From an uncultured Erysipelotrichaceae bacterium (lineage in GTDB: Bacteria > Bacillota_I > Bacilli_A > Erysipelotrichales > Erysipelotrichaceae), in contig CAYWGS010000002.1 in the NCBI GenBank assembly GCA_964457525.1, positions 1 to 32,000 of the forward strand: a DNA stretch of 32,000 nt, given 5' to 3'. Shown piece after piece: positions 1 to 8,759 of this stretch. The stretch's first letter is position 1. Each line of letters begins with the position of its first letter. The translations under genes and the position numbers were made by a program. The notes beneath the pieces were generated by a model. The model was not told where the DNA came from. It did not search any database and saw only the letters and a program-made list of their open reading frames with translations.

Positions 1-26
1 TGTATTAACTGTATTGCAATACCTGC

Positions 27-725
27 TTACTTATACTCTTTTAATAATTCTATTTCATCTTCAGTTAATCTACGATATTCTCCAACCGGTAAACTCCCAT
101 CATCAATAATCGGTCCGAACTGATAACGATAGAGATCAACTACCTCATTCTCACAGGCAATCATCATACGTTTGACTTGATGATATTTACCTTGAGAGAG
201 AATTAGATTAACTGTATTTTCATCCACAATTTCAATTGATGCTGGTTCACATTTCTCATTTTGATCTATTGTGATTCCCTTCTCAATAAGTGGAATATAT
301 TTTGGATTAAATGGTTCACGTAATGTTACTCGATACCCTTTAACCACATGATGTTTAGGCGACAAAAGTCGATGTCCTAATTGACCATCATTACTGATAA
401 TCAAATAACCTTCTGTATCGACATCAAGTCGTCCAAAAGCGTTGGTATCGGGTAATAAGTTCTCATGAATATACTCATACACCGATGGATATTGAGACGC
501 ATCTTTTGAGCAGATACATCCTTTTGGTTTATTGAGCAAGAAATATTGTTTGTCTTCGATACTGATATTTAAATCAAACAGTTCAATTTCATCTAACTCA
601 GTCACATGATAATCATCATCCGTAATGATTTCCCCATTCACTAAAACTTGTCCATCACGTATAAGTCTTTTTACTTCCTTACGACTCCCAAACCCATTAT
701 GCGCTAATAGTTTATCAAGTCTCAT
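27..725 (-). CDS. rsuA: 16S rRNA pseudouridine synthase, RsuA/RluB family
   Basis: 232-aa ORF. It has an N-terminal S4-like RNA-binding segment (MRLDKLLAHNGFGSRKEVKRLIRDGQVLVNG) and the catalytic motif GRLDVDTEGYLIISNDG typical of the RsuA family. The start ATG overlaps the upstream flippase stop (ATGA at 722-725). Confidence 0.85.
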   Translation of the reverse strand: MRLDKLLAHNGFGSRKEVKRLIRDGQVLVNGEIITDDDYHVTELDEIELFDLNISIEDKQYFLLNKPKGCICSKDASQYPSVYEYIHENLLPDTNAFGRLDVDTEGYLIISNDGQLGHRLLSPKHHVVKGYRVTLREPFNPKYIPLIEKGITIDQNEKCEPASIEIVDENTVNLILSQGKYHQVKRMMIACENEVVDLYRYQFGPIIDDGSLPVGEYRRLTEDEIELLKEYK

Positions 726-2347
726 GAAGTAAACCTCTTAATGAGTTTCATAATATCTAAGTTCAATATTTTTTGTGGGAGTCTGAAATAGGATGTTGTG
801 AACAAATAGGCTAGTACCCCAACAACACCATATACACCAAGTTCGATTAATGCGATAAATCGGCCTTGATCAACAACATATAAGCCTATAGCATTTAATG
901 CAAAGAAACTTAATTGCATTGCCATTAAACCAAAGAACATAAAGATGACTCGACGTACTGTACGTTTATAATGAACCTTATAGTTTAGCTTAATCAAATA
1001 CATATTAATTAAAAATAAAACTAATTGATTAATCGCATTCGAATAAATACTACCTTTATAACCAAACCACACAATCATTGGTACAAATAGTGCAAACTTG
1101 AGTAATACACCACCAAAGGAAATCAATAGATTTTGTTTACGTAATCTTAAAGCCATCATTAAGGCATTGGAAATCGCAGCTAAGTTAAACAAGATACCGG
1201 TAATACTGTTATAACGTAATACTTCTCCACCCATCGCTAAACTGTCAGCGCCATACATAACATAATAGATTTCTGTACTTATGCCAAACAAGAAATAAGC
1301 GAGTGGAAGTGTAATATAGAAAACTGTTTCAACAGAATCAAGGACATGTTTCTGCATTTGTTTAAGATCTTTATTCTCAAAAGCTGTAGTTACATATGGA
1401 ATAATCGCTGTAATAAATCCAGGTGCCACAACTTGTGGGATAGAGGTAAGTTTATTGGTCGTAAACATAACCATAGAATAATAAAGATCGGCTTCAGGTA
1501 AACTTGCACCATGCATTAACATCGCTTTATTAAAGAATAATAAATTAATCGTATTATTACTATTATTCAAGAAAACATTAAGCAAGAAAGGAATTGAGAA
1601 ATAAAACATTTCTTTGAGAATTTCTTTTTGATTTGTTAAAACTTCATCACTTTCTTTTGCCTTCTGTTTGATTTCAGCTAAATGCTTACGATCTTTAATC
1701 GCAAAGTATACAATAGAACTTACCGCTGATAAAGATGTGGACATGATTGCGGCATAGACTGCCCATATCGCATCAAACTTTAAGATATATACAAGTAAAA
1801 AACCAATTCCTAATAAGAATGATACCCGGGTAATTTGTTCTAATACTTGAGAGAATGAATAGATTTTTAGTTCTTTTAAACCTTGATAGAAACCACGATA
1901 ACTGTTGAGTAATGGAACGGTAAATACCGCTAGTGCCATAATCATCATGACATTACGTGTACGAATAACTTCAAGCGAATCCGCTGCTCCACTGACTGAG
2001 AATTGTGCTATTGGTTGAGCAGCTAAAAGTAAGAATATCATAGCCACAAAACCCATTAAGGCAAGTATGGCAGTGGATAATTTACGAACTAAAAGAACTG
2101 TTTTAAATTGTCCTTTTAAGGTATATTTCGCAACCATTGTCGCAATCGCAAAAGGAAGTCCTGCGATGGATACATTTAATACAATTTCATAGACATTATA
2201 GGCACGTGCATAGTAAGATAGATTCTCTGCAGTCGCCAACATAGTAAATGGTGTGACATACAAGATACCAATCGCTTTTGAAATAAAAACACCAGCACTG
2301 CTGGTTAGTCCGCCTAATATTAAAGAATGTTTCTGACGATCATTCAT
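722..2347 (-). CDS. MOP-superfamily flippase (MurJ/YtgP/SpoVB-like polysaccharide biosynthesis protein, putative lipid II flippase)
   Basis: 541-aa, highly hydrophobic multi-pass protein with length and topology typical of MurJ/YtgP. Adjacency to the rsuA-like gene mirrors B. subtilis ytgP-ytzG as I recall that map. There is an ATGA overlap at both ends. Confidence 0.75.
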   Translation of the reverse strand: MNDRQKHSLILGGLTSSAGVFISKAIGILYVTPFTMLATAENLSYYARAYNVYEIVLNVSIAGLPFAIATMVAKYTLKGQFKTVLLVRKLSTAILALMGFVAMIFLLLAAQPIAQFSVSGAADSLEVIRTRNVMMIMALAVFTVPLLNSYRGFYQGLKELKIYSFSQVLEQITRVSFLLGIGFLLVYILKFDAIWAVYAAIMSTSLSAVSSIVYFAIKDRKHLAEIKQKAKESDEVLTNQKEILKEMFYFSIPFLLNVFLNNSNNTINLLFFNKAMLMHGASLPEADLYYSMVMFTTNKLTSIPQVVAPGFITAIIPYVTTAFENKDLKQMQKHVLDSVETVFYITLPLAYFLFGISTEIYYVMYGADSLAMGGEVLRYNSITGILFNLAAISNALMMALRLRKQNLLISFGGVLLKFALFVPMIVWFGYKGSIYSNAINQLVLFLINMYLIKLNYKVHYKRTVRRVIFMFFGLMAMQLSFFALNAIGLYVVDQGRFIALIELGVYGVVGVLAYLFTTSYFRLPQKILNLDIMKLIKRFTS

Positions 2348-2877
2348 TCTGTAGCCTCTACGGGTGTTTCAACAGCTGCGTTTAAATCAATCACAAAATT
2401 GAAATACTCGCGATCTGTCTTAATCTTGAAATAGTCTTTCCACATGACTAAGACTTTCAAATTAACCTTATTTTCTTTTACAATACCATTTAGATTAAAG
2501 CCCTTTTGATACCCTAACTCCGCATCGACTTGATACGGAATTAAGTGATACTCAGAATCCTCATAAATACCAATACTTGGCATCATTTCATCTGAAATCA
2601 AAAGTAAACCATCATCCACAATGGCTAATATTTCAACATCATACATCGCAATCTTAGGCTCATCCACAAACACATCATATCGATAGTTCCCATCGCTGAG
2701 AGCTGTTAAAGATGTTGAGATGTTATAGTTACTCGATGTTTGTTTAAACTGAGTCGAGTTTAAAATACTCTGATAATGGAGTTTATACGTTTCATATTTT
2801 TCTTTTAGGACGATATCCGATTGATTACATCCTGCAAGTAATAAACAAATTAATACTCCAATTACATATTTACGCAT
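2344..2877 (-). CDS. hypothetical lipoprotein
   Basis: 177-aa ORF with a signal peptide plus lipobox (MRKYVIGVLICLLLAGC). An SD-like ACGAGG lies 7 nt upstream of the ATG. I recognise no family. Confidence 0.6.
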   Translation of the reverse strand: MRKYVIGVLICLLLAGCNQSDIVLKEKYETYKLHYQSILNSTQFKQTSSNYNISTSLTALSDGNYRYDVFVDEPKIAMYDVEILAIVDDGLLLISDEMMPSIGIYEDSEYHLIPYQVDAELGYQKGFNLNGIVKENKVNLKVLVMWKDYFKIKTDREYFNFVIDLNAAVETPVEATE

Positions 2878-2894
2878 AGAAAAACCTCGTATTC

Positions 2895-2903
2895 ATTATA
2901 ACA
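2895..2903 (-). promoter_or_regulatory. candidate extended -10 promoter (TGtTATAAT) for the lipoprotein-flippase-rsuA unit
   Basis: The reverse complement of 2895-2903 reads TGTTATAAT, about 18 nt upstream of the lipoprotein ATG. No strong -35 is seen. The AT-rich context makes chance matches likely. Confidence 0.3.
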
Positions 2904-2909
2904 GATAAA

Positions 2910-3398
2910 CTATTTCTTAGAATTCTTGATTTCTTTGACTTTTTGTTGGATTAATTCTGCGATATGATTCGGAACTAAATACTCTTCATTCTTAAGCGTT
3001 ACGATATATGTATTACGTTTACCTTTTGGCTTATAGGTCTTAATGGAACGATAACGATCATACGCTTGACCAAACAAGAATTCCTTATCACTTGCATAAA
3101 GTTTACTGCTCATCCATGCATTTGCGGCTTCAGAGATAACTAAGATAGAGAACACAACTGCCATTAATACTCTTTCTAATAAACTACCTTCCATAAAGAT
3201 AGTCACAACCGTCACAACAACCGCTAAAGCTAAGAAGATATAGATATTCTTCTTATCATGATACAAGATCGCAACATCCTTATTCTTTTCATGGAATACA
3301 CGTACATTATGATTATACTTAATCACTTCAGTAAAACGAATAAAGACAATGAATGCTGTTAATACTGCTGTAATCCCAATAAGAATATAATTCTGCAT
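2910..3398 (-). CDS. hypothetical membrane protein (about 3 TM helices plus a basic C-terminal soluble tail)
   Basis: 162-aa ORF with three hydrophobic segments, then YDRYRSIKTYKPKGKRNTYIVTLKNEEYLVP. The start lies only 2 nt after the tyrS stop (TAATCATG). I recognise no family. Confidence 0.55.
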   Translation of the reverse strand: MQNYILIGITAVLTAFIVFIRFTEVIKYNHNVRVFHEKNKDVAILYHDKKNIYIFLALAVVVTVVTIFMEGSLLERVLMAVVFSILVISEAANAWMSSKLYASDKEFLFGQAYDRYRSIKTYKPKGKRNTYIVTLKNEEYLVPNHIAELIQQKVKEIKNSKK

Positions 3399-3400
3399 GA

Positions 3401-4651
3401 TTAGCCCTCAAACTTGACCACAAAATAGGTCTTCTTTCCTTTACGAATAACAGTATAGCGATTAAAGAATGCGTCTTTAGACTCAAGTTCAAACTCTAAG
3501 GATTGTACTTTTGACCCATTCACAGTAATTGAACCACCTGTAATCATCTCACGTGCTTCACGTTTACTACTACAGATTTTACCTTCTACTAAGGCATCAA
3601 TCAATAATACTTTACCTTCTAAGTTTAAACTAGGCGCATCACTAAGCGCAATACTTAATTCAGATTCACTCAATGAATCCCATGCGCCATTAAAGAAAAC
3701 AGAGGTAATCTTTTGAGCACTTTCTAATCCATCTTTACCATGAACAAGTTCAGTTAGTTCGGTTGCTAAAGCGGTTTGAGCTTCTCTTAAGTGTGCTTGT
3801 GTCTTAACTTTTTCTTCTAGGGCTTCAATTTCAGGTTTAGTAAGGAAGGATAAACGTTTTAAGAAATCAATCACATCCGCATCGGATACATTCATCCAAT
3901 ATTGGTAGAAATGGTATGGACTTGTTTTCTCCGCATCCAACCAAATATTCTTACCTTCTGACTTACCAAACTTCGTCCCATCACTGTTTGTGATTAATGG
4001 TGAAGTAACACCAAATACTTTACTGTTTTCCACAGTCTTACGAATCAGTTCAGTTCCACTGGTTAAGTTACCCCATTGATCACTACCACCAATTTGTAAT
4101 TCACAGTTATAGTGTTTGTATAAGTGTAAGAAGTCTATAGCTTGTAGGATGGTGTATGTAAATTCTGTATAAGATATTCCAGAATCTAAACGACTCGAAA
4201 TGGTTTCTTTATTAATCATGTAATTCACATTAAAGAACTTACCATAATCACGTAAGAAAGAGAGTAAATCAATTTTACTTAACCAATCATAGTTATTAAC
4301 TGAAATAAGTGCATTCGGACCTTCATTGGAAAGAAATTTATCCAATTGAACACGAATCTTCTTACCATTGTTTACGATTTCTTCTAAAGAAAGAAGTTTA
4401 CGCTCAGTCGTTGGTCTTGGATCCCCAATCATACCAGTTGCTCCACCGAGTAATGCGATAGGTGTATGTCCTTGTTTCTGGTAACGTTTCAAAAGGAGAA
4501 GTTGTTGTAAACCTCCAATATGAAGCGAATCTGCAGTTGGATCAAACCCGCAATACAATGTGAGTGGATTCTTGAGCCTTTCAATAAATCCTTCTTCATC
4601 TGTCACATCTTTAATTAGTCCACGCCATTTTAATTCATCAAAAAATTCCAT
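3401..4651 (-). CDS. tyrS: tyrosine--tRNA ligase
   Basis: 416 aa. It carries the class I HIGH motif (SLHIGG), a KMSKS-type motif (KFGKSEG) and a C-terminal S4-like domain. A strong SD (AAGGAGGAACTATG) and an upstream T-box leader with a Tyr specifier support the call. Confidence 0.95.
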   Translation of the reverse strand: MEFFDELKWRGLIKDVTDEEGFIERLKNPLTLYCGFDPTADSLHIGGLQQLLLLKRYQKQGHTPIALLGGATGMIGDPRPTTERKLLSLEEIVNNGKKIRVQLDKFLSNEGPNALISVNNYDWLSKIDLLSFLRDYGKFFNVNYMINKETISSRLDSGISYTEFTYTILQAIDFLHLYKHYNCELQIGGSDQWGNLTSGTELIRKTVENSKVFGVTSPLITNSDGTKFGKSEGKNIWLDAEKTSPYHFYQYWMNVSDADVIDFLKRLSFLTKPEIEALEEKVKTQAHLREAQTALATELTELVHGKDGLESAQKITSVFFNGAWDSLSESELSIALSDAPSLNLEGKVLLIDALVEGKICSSKREAREMITGGSITVNGSKVQSLEFELESKDAFFNRYTVIRKGKKTYFVVKFEG

Positions 4652-4860
4652 AGTTCCTCCTTATAATAGAAAAGCACCCATCCAAGGGTGCTTTAGCACG
4701 GTACCACCTTAGTTGACTTTCGTCACTCAAACCCTTAACGCGGGAAACGGCTTTACTTTGCATAAAGCAGCTCATTGGTGTATTCAATTTCCGTTTGTGA
4801 TAATTCTCAGCGCCATTATCTCTCTTAAACAAACTCGAATTTACTCTTCCAAATCGTCGC
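4652..4860 (-). promoter_or_regulatory. T-box riboswitch leader (tRNA-Tyr responsive) of tyrS
   Basis: On the minus strand the conserved T-box 14-mer AAGGTGGTACCGTG sits at 4697-4710. A terminator hairpin follows immediately. Stem I elements are present (AGAGAG, GCGCTGAGAA). A specifier-loop context GAA-TAC-A puts the UAC (Tyr) codon at 4780-4782. A TATAAT -10 lies at 4867-4872. Confidence 0.85.
4662..4694 (-). terminator. T-box attenuator/terminator hairpin
   Basis: The minus strand reads AAAGCACCC-TTGGAT-GGGTGCTTT followed by TCTATT. This is a 9-bp GC-containing stem, and its 5' arm abuts the T-box sequence as expected for terminator/antiterminator competition. Confidence 0.8.
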
Positions 4861-4894
4861 AAAATCATTATACACTACTTAAACAATAATACAA

Positions 4895-5884
4895 TTACTT
4901 CGTTGTTTGACGAGGTGTAAAGAGATAACTTAATTCAATTTCACGATCATCAAACTCATCTTGTTTTAACATCTTTGTCATAACACGCATCGATACCGCT
5001 CCTAAGTCATAGGAAGGAATGGTAAACGATGATAGTTGAGGACGAACCATTGAGTTATATTTAGAATCAATGATACAAACGATTTCTAGTTCATCTGGAA
5101 CTTTAATGTTATTTTCAAACGCCGCATTGGAAACTGCTAACGCTTGAGAATCACGATACGCAATTACTAAATCATGACGACGTGTCTTAAAGTATTCTTT
5201 TAAATATTGGTACGAACTACGATATTCCTGTGGAATCTCAATAAACTGTTCAAAAATCATACCTTTACGTTCGAATGCTAGAGTTGCGCCTTTAATCAAT
5301 TGTTCGACCATGTATTTATTCTTACGGTCTTGTACAATCGCAATATCGCTCTTGCCCATTTCAATGTACTTTGTCACAAGCTCATAAACCGCTTTTTCTA
5401 AATCAACATAAACGGAACAAATGTTATTGGTTGACATCTTATTACCAATAAGAACAATTGGGAATTGATATTGAGTCAATGCTTTTAGTTCATCATAGAT
5501 AAGTTTGTCATTATAAATAACAACCCCATCCACTCTTGATTTAATAATGGTATCAATGATTTCACCAATTTCTACAATACCTTCAGATACCGTATGCAAT
5601 ACGATATTGTATTTATAGATCTTAGCCACATCCAATAAACCATTAATAATCTGCCCTGTATAGGAAAAACTTGCTTCTGGCACAACCAATGCAATGGTAG
5701 TTGTTTTCTGTAATGCTAAGCCTTGTGCAATCGCATTGGGTTTATATCCCAATTTCTCAATTGCTTCATTTACACGTAATCGAGTATCTTCTCGAACAAT
5801 TTCTAAGCCATTAATAACTCTGGAGACCGTCGCAAGAGAAACTCTTGCCTCTTTCGCAACATCATAGATCGTAACACGTTTCAT
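4895..5884 (-). CDS. ccpA: LacI-family transcriptional regulator, probable catabolite control protein A
   Basis: 329 aa. It has an N-terminal HTH (VTIYDVAKEARVSLATVSRVING) and is collinear with B. subtilis CcpA as I recall it, including NSMVRPQLSSF...YDLGAVSMRVMTKML. Synteny with the ytxG/ytxH-like genes, murC and tyrS supports orthology. The CcpA versus generic LacI assignment is not proven. Confidence 0.7.
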   Translation of the reverse strand: MKRVTIYDVAKEARVSLATVSRVINGLEIVREDTRLRVNEAIEKLGYKPNAIAQGLALQKTTTIALVVPEASFSYTGQIINGLLDVAKIYKYNIVLHTVSEGIVEIGEIIDTIIKSRVDGVVIYNDKLIYDELKALTQYQFPIVLIGNKMSTNNICSVYVDLEKAVYELVTKYIEMGKSDIAIVQDRKNKYMVEQLIKGATLAFERKGMIFEQFIEIPQEYRSSYQYLKEYFKTRRHDLVIAYRDSQALAVSNAAFENNIKVPDELEIVCIIDSKYNSMVRPQLSSFTIPSYDLGAVSMRVMTKMLKQDEFDDREIELSYLFTPRQTTK

Positions 5885-6318
5885 TCTTCTTCATCCTTCT
5901 CGTCTGGTTTTAACCACTCTCGTAATTTAGATACACCTTTTTCAGCGATATCTAATGTTTTCTCTTTCACTTCTTCAATCTTTTCTTGAACTTCCGGTTT
6001 TTCGAAGAATTCAACTGTCTTATCTGAAACGGTCTTAGCGCCTTCTTTAACAGTCTCTACAACCTTTTGAACATTTTCATTTTCTTTAATGTCGTCGATT
6101 ATTTTTCTACTTGATTCAACCACATCATCTGCTTTTTCTTTGATTTTTGCCTTTAATTCTTCATCATTCTTAATTTCTTCAAACTTCGTCACAACTTTGT
6201 CGACCGCATCTAAAGTAACGTCCTTGGCTTTCTCAAAGTTCTCTTTTAACTTGATATCTTCTGCTATATCTTTACCTGATTCAACCACTTTTTCGAGTGT
6301 TTTCTTAATATCTTCCAT
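5881..6318 (-). CDS. YtxH-like highly charged helical protein (general stress protein-like)
   Basis: 145 aa, Lys/Glu/Asp-rich with predicted all-helical repeats (KVVESGKDIAEDIK..., KVVETVKEGAKTV...). Its position between the DUF948-like gene and ccpA matches B. subtilis ytxH. It lacks the hydrophobic N-terminus I associate with YtxH. Confidence 0.5.
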   Translation of the reverse strand: MEDIKKTLEKVVESGKDIAEDIKLKENFEKAKDVTLDAVDKVVTKFEEIKNDEELKAKIKEKADDVVESSRKIIDDIKENENVQKVVETVKEGAKTVSDKTVEFFEKPEVQEKIEEVKEKTLDIAEKGVSKLREWLKPDEKDEEE

Positions 6319-6330
6319 ATCCGTACCTTT

Positions 6331-6714
6331 CTAAGCGTTGCGCTCTTCTTCTGGTTCTTCAACCACAGTCGTTTCACTCTTCTTATCAAACAAATTCAAT
6401 ACCCAAGCTTTAATGGTTTCAAAATGTTCAACTAAGAATAATGCGACGGTTGTGACAGAATGTTTCGTAAAATTCTGAACGGTAATGATGCCGTTCGCAA
6501 GACTGGTTAATACACCAAGGGACACTTGTAAATCAGTTAGTTCCTTATCCACAATATCCATCGTTTTATTGACGCGATCCAGAAGCACATCTACTTTCTT
6601 CATCATTAGATATAAGCGATATAAAAGAAACAATAAAAATATCAGTACAAGCGCACCTAAAGTAGGTAAGACTAATACTGATAGATCTTTTAATGCCAAT
6701 AGAAATGCGTCCAT
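6331..6714 (-). CDS. DUF948/YtxG-like membrane protein
   Basis: I place the start at the internal Met (MDAFLLALKDL...) because AAGAGGTGAAACTATG gives a strong SD at ideal spacing. The longer ORF to 6762 has none. One N-terminal TM helix is followed by a helical region typical of DUF948. Confidence 0.65.
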   Translation of the reverse strand: MDAFLLALKDLSVLVLPTLGALVLIFLLFLLYRLYLMMKKVDVLLDRVNKTMDIVDKELTDLQVSLGVLTSLANGIITVQNFTKHSVTTVALFLVEHFETIKAWVLNLFDKKSETTVVEEPEEERNA

Positions 6715-6758
6715 AGTTTCACCTCTTAACAATATTATAGTTAAGAATGAAAATATTT

Positions 6759-8063
6759 TCAATGTTTTTGATAGGCTTTCAATAAATTAGCCAGTCCATA
6801 AATATCTTTAGAACTCATAAAGAGATAAACCGCAGGAGCTAAGTCATTTAAGATACGTGCCCCTTGGTCATTTTCTTCGATAACAATCGCTTTTTGTGAA
6901 CGTTCTTTTAGATAGTCAATCGTAATATCATACCCTGCTTCTTGATCATCAATCGCACTAAATCCACAGAGATAAACATCATCCGCTTTATCGAGTGCTT
7001 TCGCAAACGCATCCGCGAAATGATATAGACGTGAAACACGATGTGGTTTAAAGATTGCGACTAAACGATGATTGGGATAACGTAAACGAGCCGCATCAAT
7101 CGTAACACTCACTTCAGTTGGATGATGAGCATAATCATCGATATATACATTCGGTCCATTCACTTCTACTTTGAAACGACGCGAAGCATTCTCAAATTGT
7201 CCTAAACCCTCTTCAATAAGCGCTAGAGGCATTTTTTCTAATAAACCAATTCCAATACACCCTAACGCATTCCATAAGAGATGACGCCCAGAAAAAGGAA
7301 TGCGGACAGTTCCTAAATATTCATTTAAGAAGGTTAACTCAAATATAGTCTCATGTTCATTTTCACTTAAGACATTTGCGTATAAATCATTGTTCCTCTC
7401 TAAACCATAGGTATAAACTTTAGCCTTTAAATCTAATTTACGAACTTCAGGATCATCTCCATACACAAAGATAGCCTTAGAAACATTCTGTGCAAACTGT
7501 TCATATGCAGACGCATAATCTCTTTCATCTTTGTAATAATCCACATGATCATAATCGACATTCGTAATGACTGCATATTCTGGAAAATACGATAAAAAGA
7601 ATCGACGATATTCATCGGCTTCAATAACACAGTAATGTGAATCCTGGTCTAAATGACCATGTCCATCCCCAATTAAATACGCCGTTGGTTGATAAACACT
7701 CAATAAACTCGTCATCATCTTAGTTGTAGTCGTTTTACCATGTGATCCTGTAATCGCAACACCATGATAGTTCTTCAGTAATTTACCTAAGTACTCATGA
7801 TAACGATAAACAGTATAAGTTGAATTACTACGAATAATCTTCACATCTTCATGATCTTCTTTAAATGCATTCCCGATAATGACCGTAGACCCATCTTTAG
7901 GGAACGTTCCAAAAGGATGACATTTTATTCCATATTGATTCAACTTCTCTTCTGTAAAAAAATGTTTCTCTAAATCAGAGCCTTCTACTTCTTCCCCAAT
8001 TTCATGTAACATACACGCTAAAGCCGCCATCCCAGCGCCTTTAATTCCTAGAAAAAATATCAT
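6759..8063 (-). CDS. murC: UDP-N-acetylmuramate--L-alanine ligase
   Basis: 434 aa. It has the N-terminal GIKGAGMAALA Rossmann motif, the Mur ligase P-loop GSHGKTTTT and a DDYAHHPTE motif. The SD is AAGGAGA. Confidence 0.95.
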   Translation of the reverse strand: MIFFLGIKGAGMAALACMLHEIGEEVEGSDLEKHFFTEEKLNQYGIKCHPFGTFPKDGSTVIIGNAFKEDHEDVKIIRSNSTYTVYRYHEYLGKLLKNYHGVAITGSHGKTTTTKMMTSLLSVYQPTAYLIGDGHGHLDQDSHYCVIEADEYRRFFLSYFPEYAVITNVDYDHVDYYKDERDYASAYEQFAQNVSKAIFVYGDDPEVRKLDLKAKVYTYGLERNNDLYANVLSENEHETIFELTFLNEYLGTVRIPFSGRHLLWNALGCIGIGLLEKMPLALIEEGLGQFENASRRFKVEVNGPNVYIDDYAHHPTEVSVTIDAARLRYPNHRLVAIFKPHRVSRLYHFADAFAKALDKADDVYLCGFSAIDDQEAGYDITIDYLKERSQKAIVIEENDQGARILNDLAPAVYLFMSSKDIYGLANLLKAYQKH

Positions 8064-8072
8064 GCGGTCTCC

Positions 8073-8747
8073 TTATTTCAAATCATCAAACAATGAAATT
8101 TGATGCGCTAATTCATCATCATCTTCGTGATATGTTTCCTGAACAATGGGTTCATCAAGCGGTTTAATCGGACTGAGTAAATCATCTAAACTATAGTTCT
8201 CAGCTTTATAACGTGGTAATTCAGGTACATCTTCTTCAATTAATGGGTCTGGTTTAAATACTGGTTGTGCAGCCTTAATTGGAGTAAGCTCTTTCTTATT
8301 CTCTAAGTCCCCATAAAAAGGACTAATCACAGTATTAATACGACTCTTTTTAAGCGATTGAGGTGGATTATTCGCTGGTCTTACTGCTTGTGCCTTCTTA
8401 GACTCAGAAACTCCAAACATTGGACTAATCACCGGTTTAAACTCATAAATTGGTTTTTCTTTAACAACCTTCGGTTTTTCACGAACTGGAGTTGGTTCAT
8501 CAAACGCAATCCCAAACTCTGGTTTACTTGGACGAATAATCTCTTCGACTGGCTTAACTTCAATTGGATCTTCATCTAAGAAAACAGGTTCTTCTATGAT
8601 CTTTTCTACTGGTTTTTCAACCGGTTTAGGATTCATAGTCGAGATTAAAGACTTATCCTTTTTTACAGGTTCTTCTTTAACGTTTAACTCTTCTTCAACA
8701 ATCTCTTCTTCCTCTTCAAACAACAAGGACGCAAGTTTCTTTAACAT
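8073..8747 (-). CDS. hypothetical Pro/Glu/Lys-rich, predicted disordered protein
   Basis: 224-aa ORF with SD AGGGGAG 7 nt upstream. Gaps are 12 nt and 9 nt to the flanking genes. It contains low-complexity PVEKPVEK repeats. The antisense ORFs in the same region are composition artefacts. I recognise no family. Confidence 0.6.
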   Translation of the reverse strand: MLKKLASLLFEEEEEIVEEELNVKEEPVKKDKSLISTMNPKPVEKPVEKIIEEPVFLDEDPIEVKPVEEIIRPSKPEFGIAFDEPTPVREKPKVVKEKPIYEFKPVISPMFGVSESKKAQAVRPANNPPQSLKKSRINTVISPFYGDLENKKELTPIKAAQPVFKPDPLIEEDVPELPRYKAENYSLDDLLSPIKPLDEPIVQETYHEDDDELAHQISLFDDLK

Positions 8748-8759
8748 GAGTTTCTCCCC

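Noticed and set aside
4638-4868. 76-aa minus-strand ORF between ccpA and tyrS
   Set aside because: It lies entirely within the T-box leader (T-box 14-mer, specifier loop and terminator). It has no SD and an implausible Arg/Ser/Phe-rich composition. It also overlaps the tyrS start.
6715-6762. Sixteen-codon N-terminal extension of the DUF948-like ORF. Similar extensions occur on rpsO (15195-15266), the M42 peptidase (10587-10607), fmt (21130-21150), ireB (29350-29373) and the DUF937-like gene (16382-16411).
   Set aside because: In each case an internal ATG is preceded by a strong GGAGG-type SD at 5-9 nt and yields the family-typical N-terminus. The longest-ORF start has no SD.
7433-7630. Same-strand, out-of-frame nested ORFs (7433-7630 in murC, 12642-12827 across the pnp 3' end, 20616-20828 in fmt, 25635-25889 across comEA/comEC)
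   Set aside because: Each is an alternative frame of a well-supported gene. They lack SD sequences and have low-complexity Met/Leu/Ile/Phe-rich products typical of AT-rich off-frames.
8073-8747. Repetitive DNA in the Pro/Glu/Lys-rich gene as a possible CRISPR array, tandem repeat or contingency locus
   Set aside because: The repeats are short and imperfect and occur at the codon level (PVEK/KPV). There is no regular repeat-spacer periodicity and no long homopolymer or microsatellite tract. A single intact reading frame with an SD explains the region.
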